This document shows, piece after piece, positions 19,710 to 30,043 of a stretch of 64,000 nucleotides of DNA. The DNA lies in contig JBARBF010000135.1 of NCBI GenBank assembly GCA_049792755.1, positions 25,415 to 89,414 on the forward strand, given 5' to 3'. This DNA comes from Bacteroidales bacterium (lineage in GTDB: Bacteria; Bacteroidota; Bacteroidia; Bacteroidales; VadinHA17). The translations under genes and the position numbers were made by a program. A model generated the notes under the pieces. That model saw only the letters and a program-made list of their open reading frames with translations. It made no database searches and was not told the DNA's origin. Numbering within the stretch: position 1 is the stretch's first letter; each line of letters begins with the position of its first letter.

Positions 19710-20930
19710 CTATTCATATCTCAGAGCATCTATGGGATCGAGGCTCGCTGCTTTTCTGGCAGGATACCAGCCAAAGAACACTCCGATAACCGTACATACT
19801 GCAAATGACAGAATCTCCGAACTTGGCAATACAACTACCGGCCATGACATCGTTGTTCCGATTATCTTTGAAGCTGCAATGCCAAGCAGAATTCCTATTA
19901 CACCTCCTGTAAGGCTGAGCAGAATTGATTCGGTAAGGAATTGCAGTAAAATATCAAATCCTTTCCCTCCTATTGCCATGCGCAGACCAATTTCCCTGGT
20001 TCTTTCTGTCACGGAAACGTACATAATGTTCATGATGCCAATCCCTCCGACGAGGAGAGAAATTCCGGCTATGGCGCCAAGTAAAATTGTCAGAATATTA
20101 CTAACGGAACTGAAGGTGGATAATAATTCCGTCTGGTTCCTGATTGTAAAATCATCCTGATCAGACGCTTTTATTTTGTGAGTTCTTCTTACAGTTTCTT
20201 CAATCTGGGTAGCAGCAATGGTGGTAGATTTTGAATCGACGGCCGATGTATAGATACTCTGAACCCAGGTGATTGCAAGCACTCTTTTCTGAACCGTAGT
20301 ATATGGTGCCAGAATTAAGTCATCCTGGTCTTGTCCGAAAGTATTCAATCCTTTTGCATCAAGCACTCCTATTACGAGGAAAGGTATTTTTTTGAATCTT
20401 ATAACCTGCCCGACCGGATCTGCACCTTCACCAAATAAATTCTTTACGACTGTTTGTCCCATAAGACAAACTTTTGCGGCGCTGCTAAGTTCTCTTTCAG
20501 TAAACATCCTTCCGTTTGTTACCGATCGTTCCCTTATCTGCAGGTAACTTTCATTTTCGCCATAAAGAGATGTCGGCCAGTTTAATGCTCCAAATACTGC
20601 TTGTCCGTTGCCACGCACTTCAGGTGAGGCTAATAGTACGGCAGGGCAATCTGAGAGTATGGCGCTAACATCCGTTTCTTTCAGACTCTGCATTGTAGAA
20701 GCTCCGAACTGAACTCCCCCTCTCTGCTGTGATCCCGGAACCACGGTAACAAGGTTCAATCCCATTCCTGCTATTTGTTGCTGTATGCTGAGCTTGGATC
20801 CCTGACCTATTCCAAGCATGGCAATGACCGAAGCAACACCTATAATTATACCAAGCATTGTCAGAAAGGCCCTGAGCTTGTTTCTTAACAATGCATTCAT
20901 TGCAATTTTCAAAAGGTTTTTAATACTCAT
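19710..20930 (-). CDS. MacB-type ABC exporter permease (FtsX domain)
   Basis: N-terminal TM LRAFLTMLGIIIGVASVIAM, large periplasmic domain, C-terminal FtsX helices, REIGLRMAIGGKG, PARKAASLDPIDALRYE. Confidence 0.9.
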   Translation of the reverse strand: MSIKNLLKIAMNALLRNKLRAFLTMLGIIIGVASVIAMLGIGQGSKLSIQQQIAGMGLNLVTVVPGSQQRGGVQFGASTMQSLKETDVSAILSDCPAVLLASPEVRGNGQAVFGALNWPTSLYGENESYLQIRERSVTNGRMFTERELSSAAKVCLMGQTVVKNLFGEGADPVGQVIRFKKIPFLVIGVLDAKGLNTFGQDQDDLILAPYTTVQKRVLAITWVQSIYTSAVDSKSTTIAATQIEETVRRTHKIKASDQDDFTIRNQTELLSTFSSVSNILTILLGAIAGISLLVGGIGIMNIMYVSVTERTREIGLRMAIGGKGFDILLQFLTESILLSLTGGVIGILLGIAASKIIGTTMSWPVVVLPSSEILSFAVCTVIGVFFGWYPARKAASLDPIDALRYE

Positions 20931-20944
20931 TGTTCCTCTGTTAT

Positions 20945-21685
20945 CTAATCTGCTTCGAGTGGAATACTGGCTAACATTTCGAGTGCATTAATTCTGTCTT
21001 TTACTTCGCTCTCTCTCAATATTACACCATCCTTAAAAATTATATTTCGGGTTGCACATCTGGCAATGTCCGGTTCATGAGTCACAAAGACAATTGTCTT
21101 GCCTTTGTTATTCAGCTCCTGAAAAAGAGCCATGATTTCATAAGATGTCCGGGTATCAAGGTTTCCAGTAGCTTCATCGGCAAGAATTACCACAGGATCA
21201 TTGACAAGCGATCTGGCAATAGCAACTCTCTGTTGCTGGCCTCCTGAAAGCTGGTTCGGTTTATGATGCATCCTGTCAGAAAGTCCTACTGAATCAAGAG
21301 CTGCTTTTGCTCTCTCAATTCTCTCCCTGGTTTTTACTGTTTTATTGTACAGGAGAGGCAATTCGACATTGTCAAGTGCATTTGTTCGCGGCAGAAGATT
21401 ATAAGTCTGAAAGACGAAACCTAGTTTCTGGTTTCTGAGACCAGATAGTTCGTTTTTACTCAGCGAAGAAATGCTGATTCCGTCAAGAATATATTCTCCT
21501 TCAGTTGGTTTATCAAGACATCCTATAATGTTCAGCATCGTTGATTTTCCCGATCCGCTGGCTCCCATTATAGCCACAAATTCACCTTCATTAACAACCA
21601 TATCAACTCCTCTGAGAGCATGGACTGTTACTTCTCCTACATAATAATCTTTTTTCAGCTTTACTATTTCAATCAGCTTTTTCAT
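20945..21685 (-). CDS. MacB/LolD-type ABC transporter ATP-binding protein
   Basis: Walker [10 protein letters not shown], signature [15 protein letters not shown], Walker [13 protein letters not shown]-loop VTHEP. Start moved to the ATG at 21685 ([10 protein letters not shown]), because the track's upstream extension overlaps the adaptor gene. Confidence 0.92.
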   Translation of the reverse strand: MKKLIEIVKLKKDYYVGEVTVHALRGVDMVVNEGEFVAIMGASGSGKSTMLNIIGCLDKPTEGEYILDGISISSLSKNELSGLRNQKLGFVFQTYNLLPRTNALDNVELPLLYNKTVKTRERIERAKAALDSVGLSDRMHHKPNQLSGGQQQRVAIARSLVNDPVVILADEATGNLDTRTSYEIMALFQELNNKGKTIVFVTHEPDIARCATRNIIFKDGVILRESEVKDRINALEMLASIPLEAD

Positions 21686-21701
21686 AAATGTGATATCAGT
21701 T

Positions 21702-23054
21702 TTATCGTCCTCTTCCGCCTGCCGGTCTTGTTGGCATAAACGGACTTGTTGTAGTTGGTGCAGCTGCAGTAGTAGTACTTGATTTTCCGCCAAGAGTCAT
21801 TGAAAGAATAACCTCATCACCTTCTTTGAGGCCAAATTTTATTTCAGCATTACTACCGTCTATAGCTCCGGTTGCAACACGTACTCGACGAACCTTGTCT
21901 CCTTCTTTTACCCAGACAACAACAGGTTTTTTACCTGCCTGACCGCCTGCCTGGAATCCTCCGGGATTAGGTTGATTTGCTGCTGTTCCGGGTGTTGCAC
22001 CTGTACTACCAGTTCCGGTTGTTCCTCCTGTTCCTGCTGTTCCAGGTGTTCCACCCGTTCCTGCCGGTCTGCCAGCGCCACCCGTTCCCTGCCTCTGTCC
22101 CATTGGATTGTTCTTCATGTACTCAGCTAAAAAGGGAGCATCCGGAGTAAATCTTAAGGCTTTTCCGGGTACTGTAAGCACACTGTCTACCTTCTGAACA
22201 AGAACGGTTATGTTTGCAGTCATTCCGGGCATAAGTTTCTTTTCAGGATTGGGTGCGTTCACTATTACGGTATATGTGACGACATTTGATGTTACAATCG
22301 GCTGTAATCTGATCTGCCTTACATCTCCCTTAAATATCTCGGTAGGAAAAGCATCGACAGTAAAATCAACAGGTTGTCCTTGTTTGACCTGTCCGATATC
22401 AGCCTCATCAACATTTGCTTCAACGTGCATCTGCGTCAGGTCATTTGCAACCGTAAACAGGTTCGGTGTACTGAAGCTGGATGCCACAGTCTGACCCTGA
22501 TCTACGGCCCGGTTAAGGACAACACCAAGAATTGGTGAAGTAATATAAGCATAGTTGAGGTTAACAACAGCTTTGTCATACCCTGCCTGGGCAGTCTTAA
22601 GATTAGCGCGCGCAGTTGAATAATTGTATTTTACCTGGTCGTAATCAGCCTGTGCGATAAGTTTTTTATCAAGCAAAGCCTGGTACCTTTCGAATGTTGC
22701 ACCCTGATATTCCATTTCACCTTTTGATTGGTCCAACGAGGCCTGAGACTGCCGGACCTGGGTCTGTAAAGGCGTCGTGTCCAGTACTGCCAGAAGTTGA
22801 TGTTTTTTTACAACTGAATTGAAGTCTACAAATATTTTATTTATTACGCCTGATACCTGAGTGCCTATTAAGACTGTTGTATCAGCTTCCAGCGTTCCTG
22901 TCGCTGTAATGGTATTAATGATAGTACCCTTTTTAACCTGTGTGGTCTCAAAAGAATACTCTTTTGATCCTTTCTTGCACGAACCGGCTAAAATGACATC
23001 CAGTGCAATTAGTGCGACAATTACTGTCTTTGTAAAATTTCTCCTGCTCTTCAT
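21702..23054 (-). CDS. MacA/HlyD-type periplasmic adaptor lipoprotein with a Gly/Thr/Pro-rich insert
   Basis: Lipobox LAGSC. Barrel-sandwich and coiled-coil hairpin regions. Low-complexity stretch GTGGAGRPAGTGGTPGTAGTGGTTGTGSTGATPGTAANQPNPGG and tail SSTTTAAAPTTTSPF...GGRGR. Confidence 0.88.
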   Translation of the reverse strand: MKSRRNFTKTVIVALIALDVILAGSCKKGSKEYSFETTQVKKGTIINTITATGTLEADTTVLIGTQVSGVINKIFVDFNSVVKKHQLLAVLDTTPLQTQVRQSQASLDQSKGEMEYQGATFERYQALLDKKLIAQADYDQVKYNYSTARANLKTAQAGYDKAVVNLNYAYITSPILGVVLNRAVDQGQTVASSFSTPNLFTVANDLTQMHVEANVDEADIGQVKQGQPVDFTVDAFPTEIFKGDVRQIRLQPIVTSNVVTYTVIVNAPNPEKKLMPGMTANITVLVQKVDSVLTVPGKALRFTPDAPFLAEYMKNNPMGQRQGTGGAGRPAGTGGTPGTAGTGGTTGTGSTGATPGTAANQPNPGGFQAGGQAGKKPVVVWVKEGDKVRRVRVATGAIDGSNAEIKFGLKEGDEVILSMTLGGKSSTTTAAAPTTTSPFMPTRPAGGRGR

Positions 23055-23077
23055 TATAATTCTGATTATTTGATTTT

Positions 23078-24451
23078 TTATTTATTCTTATTATTGAATG
23101 ACAAAGGCTGACCTGCATAAAAATCAAGTATTTTGTAACTGAAGATCAATGCATATTTTGACTGAAGAAAAGTGCTTTGAGATGCAATAAAAGTTGTTTT
23201 CTGAATCAAAAAATCAACTGAGCTCATTAACCCCCTGTCATACTTTTCACTTGCTACATCGTAAGATTCCTTCACTGCCTGGTAAGCTTCAACGCTAGCC
23301 TCATATTCAATCTGGTTTGAGACTACATTCTGACATGCCTGTTCAATAGCTTTCCTGAGAATATCCTTTGTATAAAGTTCATTCAGTTCTGCATTATTCA
23401 AGTTCAGCTTTGCAACTTCGACTCCTGTTTTGACCTGCCTGTTCTGATATATTGGAATTGAAGCTGACAGACCTATTGAAGGGCTTACATTGTTCTTAAG
23501 CTGATCACCGAATGTGGTACCAGGCCGGTAACTTGTTGAATAACTCGTTTGATAACCCGAATATGAAGTTGATATGCCTGCATTTACAGAAAGATTAGGG
23601 TAATAATTAGCCTTTGCCAGATCAATACCGATCTCTGAACTTTTTTTGGTTAGTTCTGCATTTTTAACTTCAGGTTTTATCCCCAGGGCAGTCTGATAAA
23701 TTTCTATTGGATCAGGCATCCTTTTTTGATTTATAAGGCTGTCAAGATTTGGGTGTTGTATCTGGAAGTTATTGTTTATTGGAAACTCCATTATCTGCAT
23801 CAATGCTATCCTGTTTATTGCCAGCTGGCTTTGTGCAGTTGCAAGAGTCTGTTTTTCGGTGGCCAGCTGAGATTTTACCTGCAGATAATCTGAATTTGCT
23901 ATTGCACCGAGTTTCAGTCTCTCACCTGCCAGGTTCAGTTGTTCTGCCAGCGAAGCTATCTGATCTGTATCGTTTTTGACCTGTTCCTCAGAATAGAGAA
24001 CCTGCAGATAGGCGTTCAGCACGTTAAGACTAACGGTTTCTTTAATTACCTCGATATTATATTGAGATGCTTCATAATTGGTCTCAGTCAGCTTTACATT
24101 ATTACGAATCTTCGATCCGTTATAGATTGTCATAGCAGAACTGGCTGAAATATTTACTCCGTCAGTTCCTTTGAAAGTAGTAGCTCCGGTTGTGGAATTT
24201 ACAACATTGTTCCAGTTGTAACTCTGTCGGGCGGAACTGCTCAGATAAGGATACCATGACGATTTTGCCAGTAACTGGCTCTCATTGCTTATGCTACTGC
24301 TTACCTGAGCCTGTTGCACCTGTATATTCTTCTGCAGAGCATACTGTATGCAATCATCAACGGACCAGACTTTTTGCTGGGCATTTAAATAGCATCCGGA
24401 TGTGATGCTTATAAAACATGATATTATTAAGATAGAAAATCTGGTATTCAT
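23078..24451 (-). CDS. TolC-family outer membrane efflux protein
   Basis: Signal peptide. WSVDDCIQYALQKNIQVQQ N-terminal block. OEP two-repeat pattern. First gene of the ABC-type efflux operon. Confidence 0.88.
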   Translation of the reverse strand: MNTRFSILIISCFISITSGCYLNAQQKVWSVDDCIQYALQKNIQVQQAQVSSSISNESQLLAKSSWYPYLSSSARQSYNWNNVVNSTTGATTFKGTDGVNISASSAMTIYNGSKIRNNVKLTETNYEASQYNIEVIKETVSLNVLNAYLQVLYSEEQVKNDTDQIASLAEQLNLAGERLKLGAIANSDYLQVKSQLATEKQTLATAQSQLAINRIALMQIMEFPINNNFQIQHPNLDSLINQKRMPDPIEIYQTALGIKPEVKNAELTKKSSEIGIDLAKANYYPNLSVNAGISTSYSGYQTSYSTSYRPGTTFGDQLKNNVSPSIGLSASIPIYQNRQVKTGVEVAKLNLNNAELNELYTKDILRKAIEQACQNVVSNQIEYEASVEAYQAVKESYDVASEKYDRGLMSSVDFLIQKTTFIASQSTFLQSKYALIFSYKILDFYAGQPLSFNNKNK

Positions 24452-24829
24452 TTTTTGTGATTTTGGTCTATTGGTTTTTTATTATAGTATCTGTTTAATC
24501 TTCCGATTTTTTTGTTCCTCTGAGTTAGTAGTTTTCAGTAAAGGTTCTTATAAAGACATATCCGGTATCAATTTTATTCCTCGATATTGAACGGGTGATG
24601 AAAGTTTAACGTATTTTAACTATTTGTTATCATAATTATCCTGTTAACATAATTGAACTCAAAAAGTTTAAACCATATGAAACAAAAAACTCAAACAGGT
24701 AATATTCTTTTTCAACCCATTCAATTATATAAATAGTTAAATATTTTTATCTATCCGGCAATATTTTCATTAATACTCTGTTATTAAAATAAAAAAAACG
24801 TTGTTCATATAATAGATTAAATCTGAATA

Positions 24830-25153
24830 ATGAAAAATATTAAAAATCGCTGTTTGCTTGTTTTTTTTCTTGCAATATCTGTTTTTAGTCAGAGCTGTAA
24901 TAAAGGAAGCTCTGCATCAGGCTCATTATATACTCCAACAACCTCCGATGTAACATCAAATGCGACATTAGCTGAACTACAACAGGGTCGTACATTGTAC
25001 GTGAATAATTGTGGCAGATGTCATGGACTCTATTCACCTGATAATTATAGTGCCGCACAATGGAAAAGCATACTGAATAATATGGCACCAAATACCAGTT
25101 TGTCGGCATCAGATATTCTATTGGTCACCAAGTATGTCACAAGGGGCAACTAA
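24830..25153 (+). CDS. Small c-type cytochrome lipoprotein
   Basis: Lipobox SQSC. Single haem-binding CGRCH motif with a downstream Met (NNMAP) as candidate axial ligand. Confidence 0.7.
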   Translation: MKNIKNRCLLVFFLAISVFSQSCNKGSSASGSLYTPTTSDVTSNATLAELQQGRTLYVNNCGRCHGLYSPDNYSAAQWKSILNNMAPNTSLSASDILLVTKYVTRGN

Positions 25154-25640
25154 TTTCAGCAAAAAGAATACTACTCCGGCTTTGTCAAAGTTGGATCAAT
25201 AACTAAATTTGGACCTGGCAACGCAGACCAGGAACATGTTATTGGATAATTTTAAAATCAATACTCTATTGCTTTTTTCTGTCTGCGTTGGAGGGGTGTC
25301 TGCTATAATATTGCTTTTTTATGGATTGTTCGTCAGGTATCCGGGAAAGGTAAATAAAGAACAATCTGTTTCATTGGATGTTTGAGTCCGATTGACAATC
25401 AAGCCTTATTCCTAAACGACTTCTTCAAATTTATTATAAGATATTATCTAAAAATATTTATATTTTTCTGTAATTTCGTATTGTTCCTTAAATCCATTAA
25501 GCAGGAACAGGCGTTGACTTATAAATTTTCAAAACAGATCCAATTACTTGTATGCCAAAGGGATTATAAAAAATAAGCTTCAACTCCAATATACATTAGA
25601 ATAATTGGCCAAATAAAAAAACAAAACCAGAAAATAGAAT

Positions 25641-28145
25641 ATGAATATAAAAAAGAATCTTTTCGGGGTTTTTCACTCATTGTTTTTACGTTCAGTACTG
25701 CTTAGCATCATATCATGCTTCTTCCTCACCGTTACAAACGGACAGCCGACGAATGCTGGCAGAACTTCATCTGGTAAACAACCTGATGTTTCCCGATCAG
25801 CAATATCCGGGTCTGAACCGAGGGAAATTATTCCTTTTGATAAAGACTGGAGCTTCTGGCTGGGAGATGATCCTGCTGCCAGGCTTCCCGGTTTCAACGA
25901 CAAGAGCTGGCGCATTCTTGATCTGCCCCACGACTGGAGTATCGAAAGCGCAATTAATCCACCTCCTGAAGGCGAAGGGAATGGAGGCTTTTTCTCGCAC
26001 GGCATAGCATGGTACCGGAAAGAATTTACATCTCCCGACACGACCAGAAAGGTCGTTATAGAATTTGATGGTGTTTATATGAATAGCGAAGTATGGATAA
26101 ATGGTCAGTTCCTGGGGCGCAGGCCCTATGGTTTTATAGGTTTTCGCTACGACCTTACTGAATATCTTAATAAAAACGGATTCCCAAACATTCTGGCTGT
26201 GCGTGTCGATGATTCGTCAGAACCGGCCCTGAGATGGTACGCCGGTTCAGGCATATACCGGCATATACGGTTAATCTCCACCGGTTATACACATTTCCGG
26301 CTCGATGGTGGCATTAGCATCACTACGCCTGAGATTTCTTCTGAGAAAGCCATTGTTAAGGCCGATTATATAATTGATCCTGATTTTTTCACATACCAGG
26401 AGCAACTGGTCTGGTCCCGGGATGTTTGGAAAGCAAAACCCGTGAGTCGGGAAATAACGCTCATAAGCAGTGTATTGTCACCTGACGGGGATGTTATTTC
26501 AAGCAGCGAATCGAAACTTGCCCTTCAAAGCATGCACCCGGGTCAATCAGCAACTCATAAGGTAATGGTACCGAAACCTCGTCTCTGGTGCGACAAAACT
26601 CCAATCCTGTACAAATTACGCAGTACATTGATGCTCGAAGGACAAAAACTCGATGAGACCGTCACAACCTTCGGAATTCGCAGTCTTAAATTCGACCCCG
26701 ACAGCGGATTGTTCGTAAACGGCAGATCGGTCAAACTAAAAGGCGTATGCCTGCATCAGGATGCCGGCTCTTTCGGGAATGCTGTACCAATTGCAATTTG
26801 GGCTTATCGCCTTAGCCTCCTGAAAGAGATGGGTTGCAATGCCATTCGAACGAGCCATCATCCTTTTGCTCCGGAGTTTTATGATCTCTGTGATCAGCTT
26901 GGCTTCTATGTTTTTGATGAGGCCTTTGATGAGTGGACACGCGACTGGCCTTACAACTATACTGAGAACCCCCGTGGCAAATCAAAATACGGATATCATC
27001 TCTATTTTAACCAATGGTACGAAACGGACCTTCGTTCTATGTTGCGGCGCGATAGAAATCATCCATGTGTGATTCTCTACAGTATTGGTAATGAGATCCC
27101 CAACCAGTTAAATGATGATGGATGGAAACTGGCAAAAAAGTTGATAGCTATATGTCACGAAGAAGATTCAACTCGTCCGGCCACTTCTGCCTGTGACCAG
27201 TCATTTGTTTCCTCACGAAACGGGTTCATGAAAGAGCTCGACATTGCCGGTTATAATTATATCGACCGTCTTTATGGTGACAGCACATATGTACCCGAAC
27301 ACAGACGTTTTCCTCACCGGGTATTCCTGGGAACCGAGACTGGCAGTCAAATACATTACTGGCTGGGTGTACGGGATAATAAATATGTTATCGGTGACTT
27401 TATATGGACAGGCATTGACTATCTAGGAGAAACAGGAAAATTTCCAAGCCGGGGAAACAGGTCAGGTTTCATAGATATCGCCGGAGGGAAAAAGCCTGGC
27501 TTCTATCAGCGTAAAGCCTATTGGAAAGAAGATCCGGCGTTGCAGCTATTCGTACTCACCGGGGAGAAACCAGAAAATTCCTGGCAATTCCAGCCTGCAA
27601 TGCTCAAATGGAACTGGCCGGCAAAAACAAATGTCACAGTACGGGCTGCTGCCAATTGCGATGAAGTCGAATTGTTTCTCAATAATCATTCGCTGGGGCG
27701 AAAGGTTGTATCTCACAACATTTATTCAGCCGACTGGAGTATGGAATTTAAACCCGGAGAACTTAAAGCAATTGGTTTTACCAAAGGCCTGCCGGTGGCA
27801 GAATCCAAACTTGTTACTACCGGAGCAGAGGCAAAGCTGCAGATCACTCCGATAAACCTGCCGGTCGCAAGTGATCTCGTTTTGTTCGAAGTTGAGGTAA
27901 CCGACAAAACCGGTTTAAATGTGACTGATGCAACTGATGCCGTAACAGTGAATGTCGAAAGTTCAGGCCGTCTTATTGGTCTTGACACCGGCGAACTGGT
28001 TTATGACGGACTGTTCAAAACCAATGTGCGAAATGCATACCAGGGTCGTCTGCTTGTAACTGTACAACGGACAGAGCCGACTGGAGAAATTCGCCTTACG
28101 GCCACTGCGTCCGGGCTTTCTATGGCCACTATTACAACAAAGTGA
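25641..28145 (+). CDS. Glycoside hydrolase family 2 (beta-galactosidase-type)
   Basis: DWSFWLGDD, WRILDLPHDWSIE, GIAWYRKEF, FDGVYMNSEVWINGQFLG, NAIRTSHHP, SIGNEIPN (acid/base Glu context). Confidence 0.88.
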   Translation: MNIKKNLFGVFHSLFLRSVLLSIISCFFLTVTNGQPTNAGRTSSGKQPDVSRSAISGSEPREIIPFDKDWSFWLGDDPAARLPGFNDKSWRILDLPHDWSIESAINPPPEGEGNGGFFSHGIAWYRKEFTSPDTTRKVVIEFDGVYMNSEVWINGQFLGRRPYGFIGFRYDLTEYLNKNGFPNILAVRVDDSSEPALRWYAGSGIYRHIRLISTGYTHFRLDGGISITTPEISSEKAIVKADYIIDPDFFTYQEQLVWSRDVWKAKPVSREITLISSVLSPDGDVISSSESKLALQSMHPGQSATHKVMVPKPRLWCDKTPILYKLRSTLMLEGQKLDETVTTFGIRSLKFDPDSGLFVNGRSVKLKGVCLHQDAGSFGNAVPIAIWAYRLSLLKEMGCNAIRTSHHPFAPEFYDLCDQLGFYVFDEAFDEWTRDWPYNYTENPRGKSKYGYHLYFNQWYETDLRSMLRRDRNHPCVILYSIGNEIPNQLNDDGWKLAKKLIAICHEEDSTRPATSACDQSFVSSRNGFMKELDIAGYNYIDRLYGDSTYVPEHRRFPHRVFLGTETGSQIHYWLGVRDNKYVIGDFIWTGIDYLGETGKFPSRGNRSGFIDIAGGKKPGFYQRKAYWKEDPALQLFVLTGEKPENSWQFQPAMLKWNWPAKTNVTVRAAANCDEVELFLNNHSLGRKVVSHNIYSADWSMEFKPGELKAIGFTKGLPVAESKLVTTGAEAKLQITPINLPVASDLVLFEVEVTDKTGLNVTDATDAVTVNVESSGRLIGLDTGELVYDGLFKTNVRNAYQGRLLVTVQRTEPTGEIRLTATASGLSMATITTK

Positions 28146-28193
28146 TTACAGTTTCTATAAGATGATAAATGATAAATCAGGAATAATATTAAA

Positions 28194-29831
28194 ATGAAAA
28201 AATTTGTAATGATGAAAATTTTAAAAATCAGGGCAATGGCATTATTAATGTCATTGCTGTTTGTAGCAACGGTCTGGGGTCAGACAGGTGTCGGAACTAT
28301 ACCGAAGATTATAGAAAAAGACGGGCATCATGCTCTTATTGTGGACGGACAGCCTTTCCTGATGCTTGGCGGACAGGCTCATAACTCAAGTGGCTGGCCC
28401 GGTATGCTGCCTCAGGTTTGGTGTGCGATAGAATACATGCATGCAAACACTCTTGAAGTTCCAATTTACTGGGAACAGATTGAAGCACAGCCGGGGAAGT
28501 TTGATTTTTCACTTGTGGATACCCTTCTTAAACAGGGCAGGGATCACAAGGTGCACCTTGTACTTCTCTGGTTTGCTTCCTGGAAAAACGGAAGCAGTCA
28601 CTACATGCCCGAATGGATGAAGCGTGAGCCTTCAAAATATCCCAACATAACCGGCCGTAACGGACAACCCGTCGATTCGCCTTCACCTCACACCAAAGCC
28701 GCCATGGAAGCTGACGCAAAAGCTTTTGCAGAGGTAATGGGTCATTTAAAGACAGCTGACCCGCAGCACACAGTTCTAATGGTTCAGGTTGAGAATGAAC
28801 CAGGTGCATGGGGAAGCGTCAGGGATTTTTCCCCGGCTGCCCAAAAGCTTTTTGAAAGCCCTGTTCCGGCAGAATTGCTTAAACCCGAAGTCCTTAAGGC
28901 ACTTAATAAGCCTGTCGTATCCGGCGGTACCTGGAAAGAAGTGTTCGGTAACGATGCTGATGAGTATTTTCATGCCTGGTCGGTTGCCCATTATATCGGG
29001 TATGTTGCGGCAGCCGGAAAAGCCGTATATTCATTACCGTTATATGTAAATGCGGCATTGCGTGATCCGCTCACCAACCCAAGCGCAACCACTTATGAGA
29101 GTGGCGGTGCCACCGACAATGTGATCCCCATATGGAAGGCAGCAGCTCCGGCTGTCGATCTTTTAGCGCCTGATATTTATTTGCAGGAAAGTGAAAGGGC
29201 CCTGAAAGTGATTGAACTTTATGACCGTCCTGATAATACCTTATTTGTACCTGAGACAGGCTCCAACGAGGAATTTGCAAGGTATTTTTATGCGGTGCTT
29301 GCCCATGGAGGAATTGGTTTTTCACCTTTTGGCATAGATGATAATGGTCCGGGCTCAAAGAAACCTGATACAGAAGAACGTCTGGCGCCTGTAGCGCAGG
29401 AATATGCCATGGCTGGCCCTATGATGAGAGAACTGGCAAAATGGGCTTTTGAAGGAAAAATCAAGGCGGTTGTTGAGCGCGAGGATCATGCTGTACAGAC
29501 AATCGACCTGGGATCATGGCAGGCTATAATATCGTTTGGAGATTCAGGTTGGCGGTCTGAGAAAACAAACTCACGGCCCATTGGCAAAGCGATGATTGTT
29601 CAGCTAGGTGAAAACGAATTTGTGTTGATCGGAAGTCTTTGCCATTTTACTTTTAAGCCTCTTGGGGTTAATGCCGGAAAAGCATGGCAATATCTTAAAG
29701 TGGAAGAGGGCGAGTATGAAAAGGGGGTTTTCAAACTGCTGCGTATCCGTAACGGTGATGAAACCGACTGGGGTGGACCACGCATAGGTGCTGTTCCGGC
29801 AATATTACATACCACATTGATATTAAGGTAA
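28194..29831 (+). CDS. GH35/GH42-like TIM-barrel glycosidase (resembles proteins I recall as annotated DUF5597-domain containing)
   Basis: Signal peptide. PIYWEQIEAQPGKFDF, LVLLWFASWKNG, VQVENEPG (acid/base Glu context). Family name is from memory and unverified. Confidence 0.65.
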   Translation: MKKFVMMKILKIRAMALLMSLLFVATVWGQTGVGTIPKIIEKDGHHALIVDGQPFLMLGGQAHNSSGWPGMLPQVWCAIEYMHANTLEVPIYWEQIEAQPGKFDFSLVDTLLKQGRDHKVHLVLLWFASWKNGSSHYMPEWMKREPSKYPNITGRNGQPVDSPSPHTKAAMEADAKAFAEVMGHLKTADPQHTVLMVQVENEPGAWGSVRDFSPAAQKLFESPVPAELLKPEVLKALNKPVVSGGTWKEVFGNDADEYFHAWSVAHYIGYVAAAGKAVYSLPLYVNAALRDPLTNPSATTYESGGATDNVIPIWKAAAPAVDLLAPDIYLQESERALKVIELYDRPDNTLFVPETGSNEEFARYFYAVLAHGGIGFSPFGIDDNGPGSKKPDTEERLAPVAQEYAMAGPMMRELAKWAFEGKIKAVVEREDHAVQTIDLGSWQAIISFGDSGWRSEKTNSRPIGKAMIVQLGENEFVLIGSLCHFTFKPLGVNAGKAWQYLKVEEGEYEKGVFKLLRIRNGDETDWGGPRIGAVPAILHTTLILR

Positions 29832-30043
29832 CTATGAGTTACCCGGGATTTCTGTCTCTGAGTACTATTGATGTTTATCCGGAGGAGAGCTATTTCACAA
29901 TCGTATTGCTTCTTTAATCAACGATTGAGATCACTATATGCTTCTCATTCGTTCATTAAAAGCAAGAAGCCACTGTTATTTGGTTTTTCTGATTACCTTT
30001 ATATCTTCCTTAAATCTTAATCGTTAAAAATTAAAAAGTAAAA

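Noticed and set aside
21686-21793. N-terminal extension of the ABC ATPase ORF (MAENQVLLLQLHQLQQ...)
   Set aside because: It overlaps the 3' end of the adaptor gene and is a reverse-frame reading of its repetitive Ser/Thr/Ala-rich tail. The ATG at 21685 gives a normal distance to Walker A.
25236-25385. 49-codon ORF (MLLDNFKINTLLLFSVCVGGVSAIILLFYGLFVRYPGKVNKEQSVSLDV) with one hydrophobic helix, downstream of the cytochrome c gene
   Set aside because: It is plausible as a small membrane protein, but there is no motif, homolog or translation signal I can evaluate, and it is too short to support from sequence alone.
25382-25576. 64-aa ORF in the AT-rich spacer before the GH2 gene; likewise the 61-aa ORF at 61731-61916 upstream of aspS
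   Set aside because: Phe/Ile/Lys-rich products are typical of random frames in AT-rich intergenic DNA. These regions more likely hold promoters, for example tattatttttg about 20 nt before the aspS ATG.
25641-29831. Polysaccharide utilisation locus (PUL)
   Set aside because: No SusC/SusD-like pair, hybrid two-component sensor or ECF/anti-sigma pair lies adjacent in the window, so calling it a PUL is not supported.
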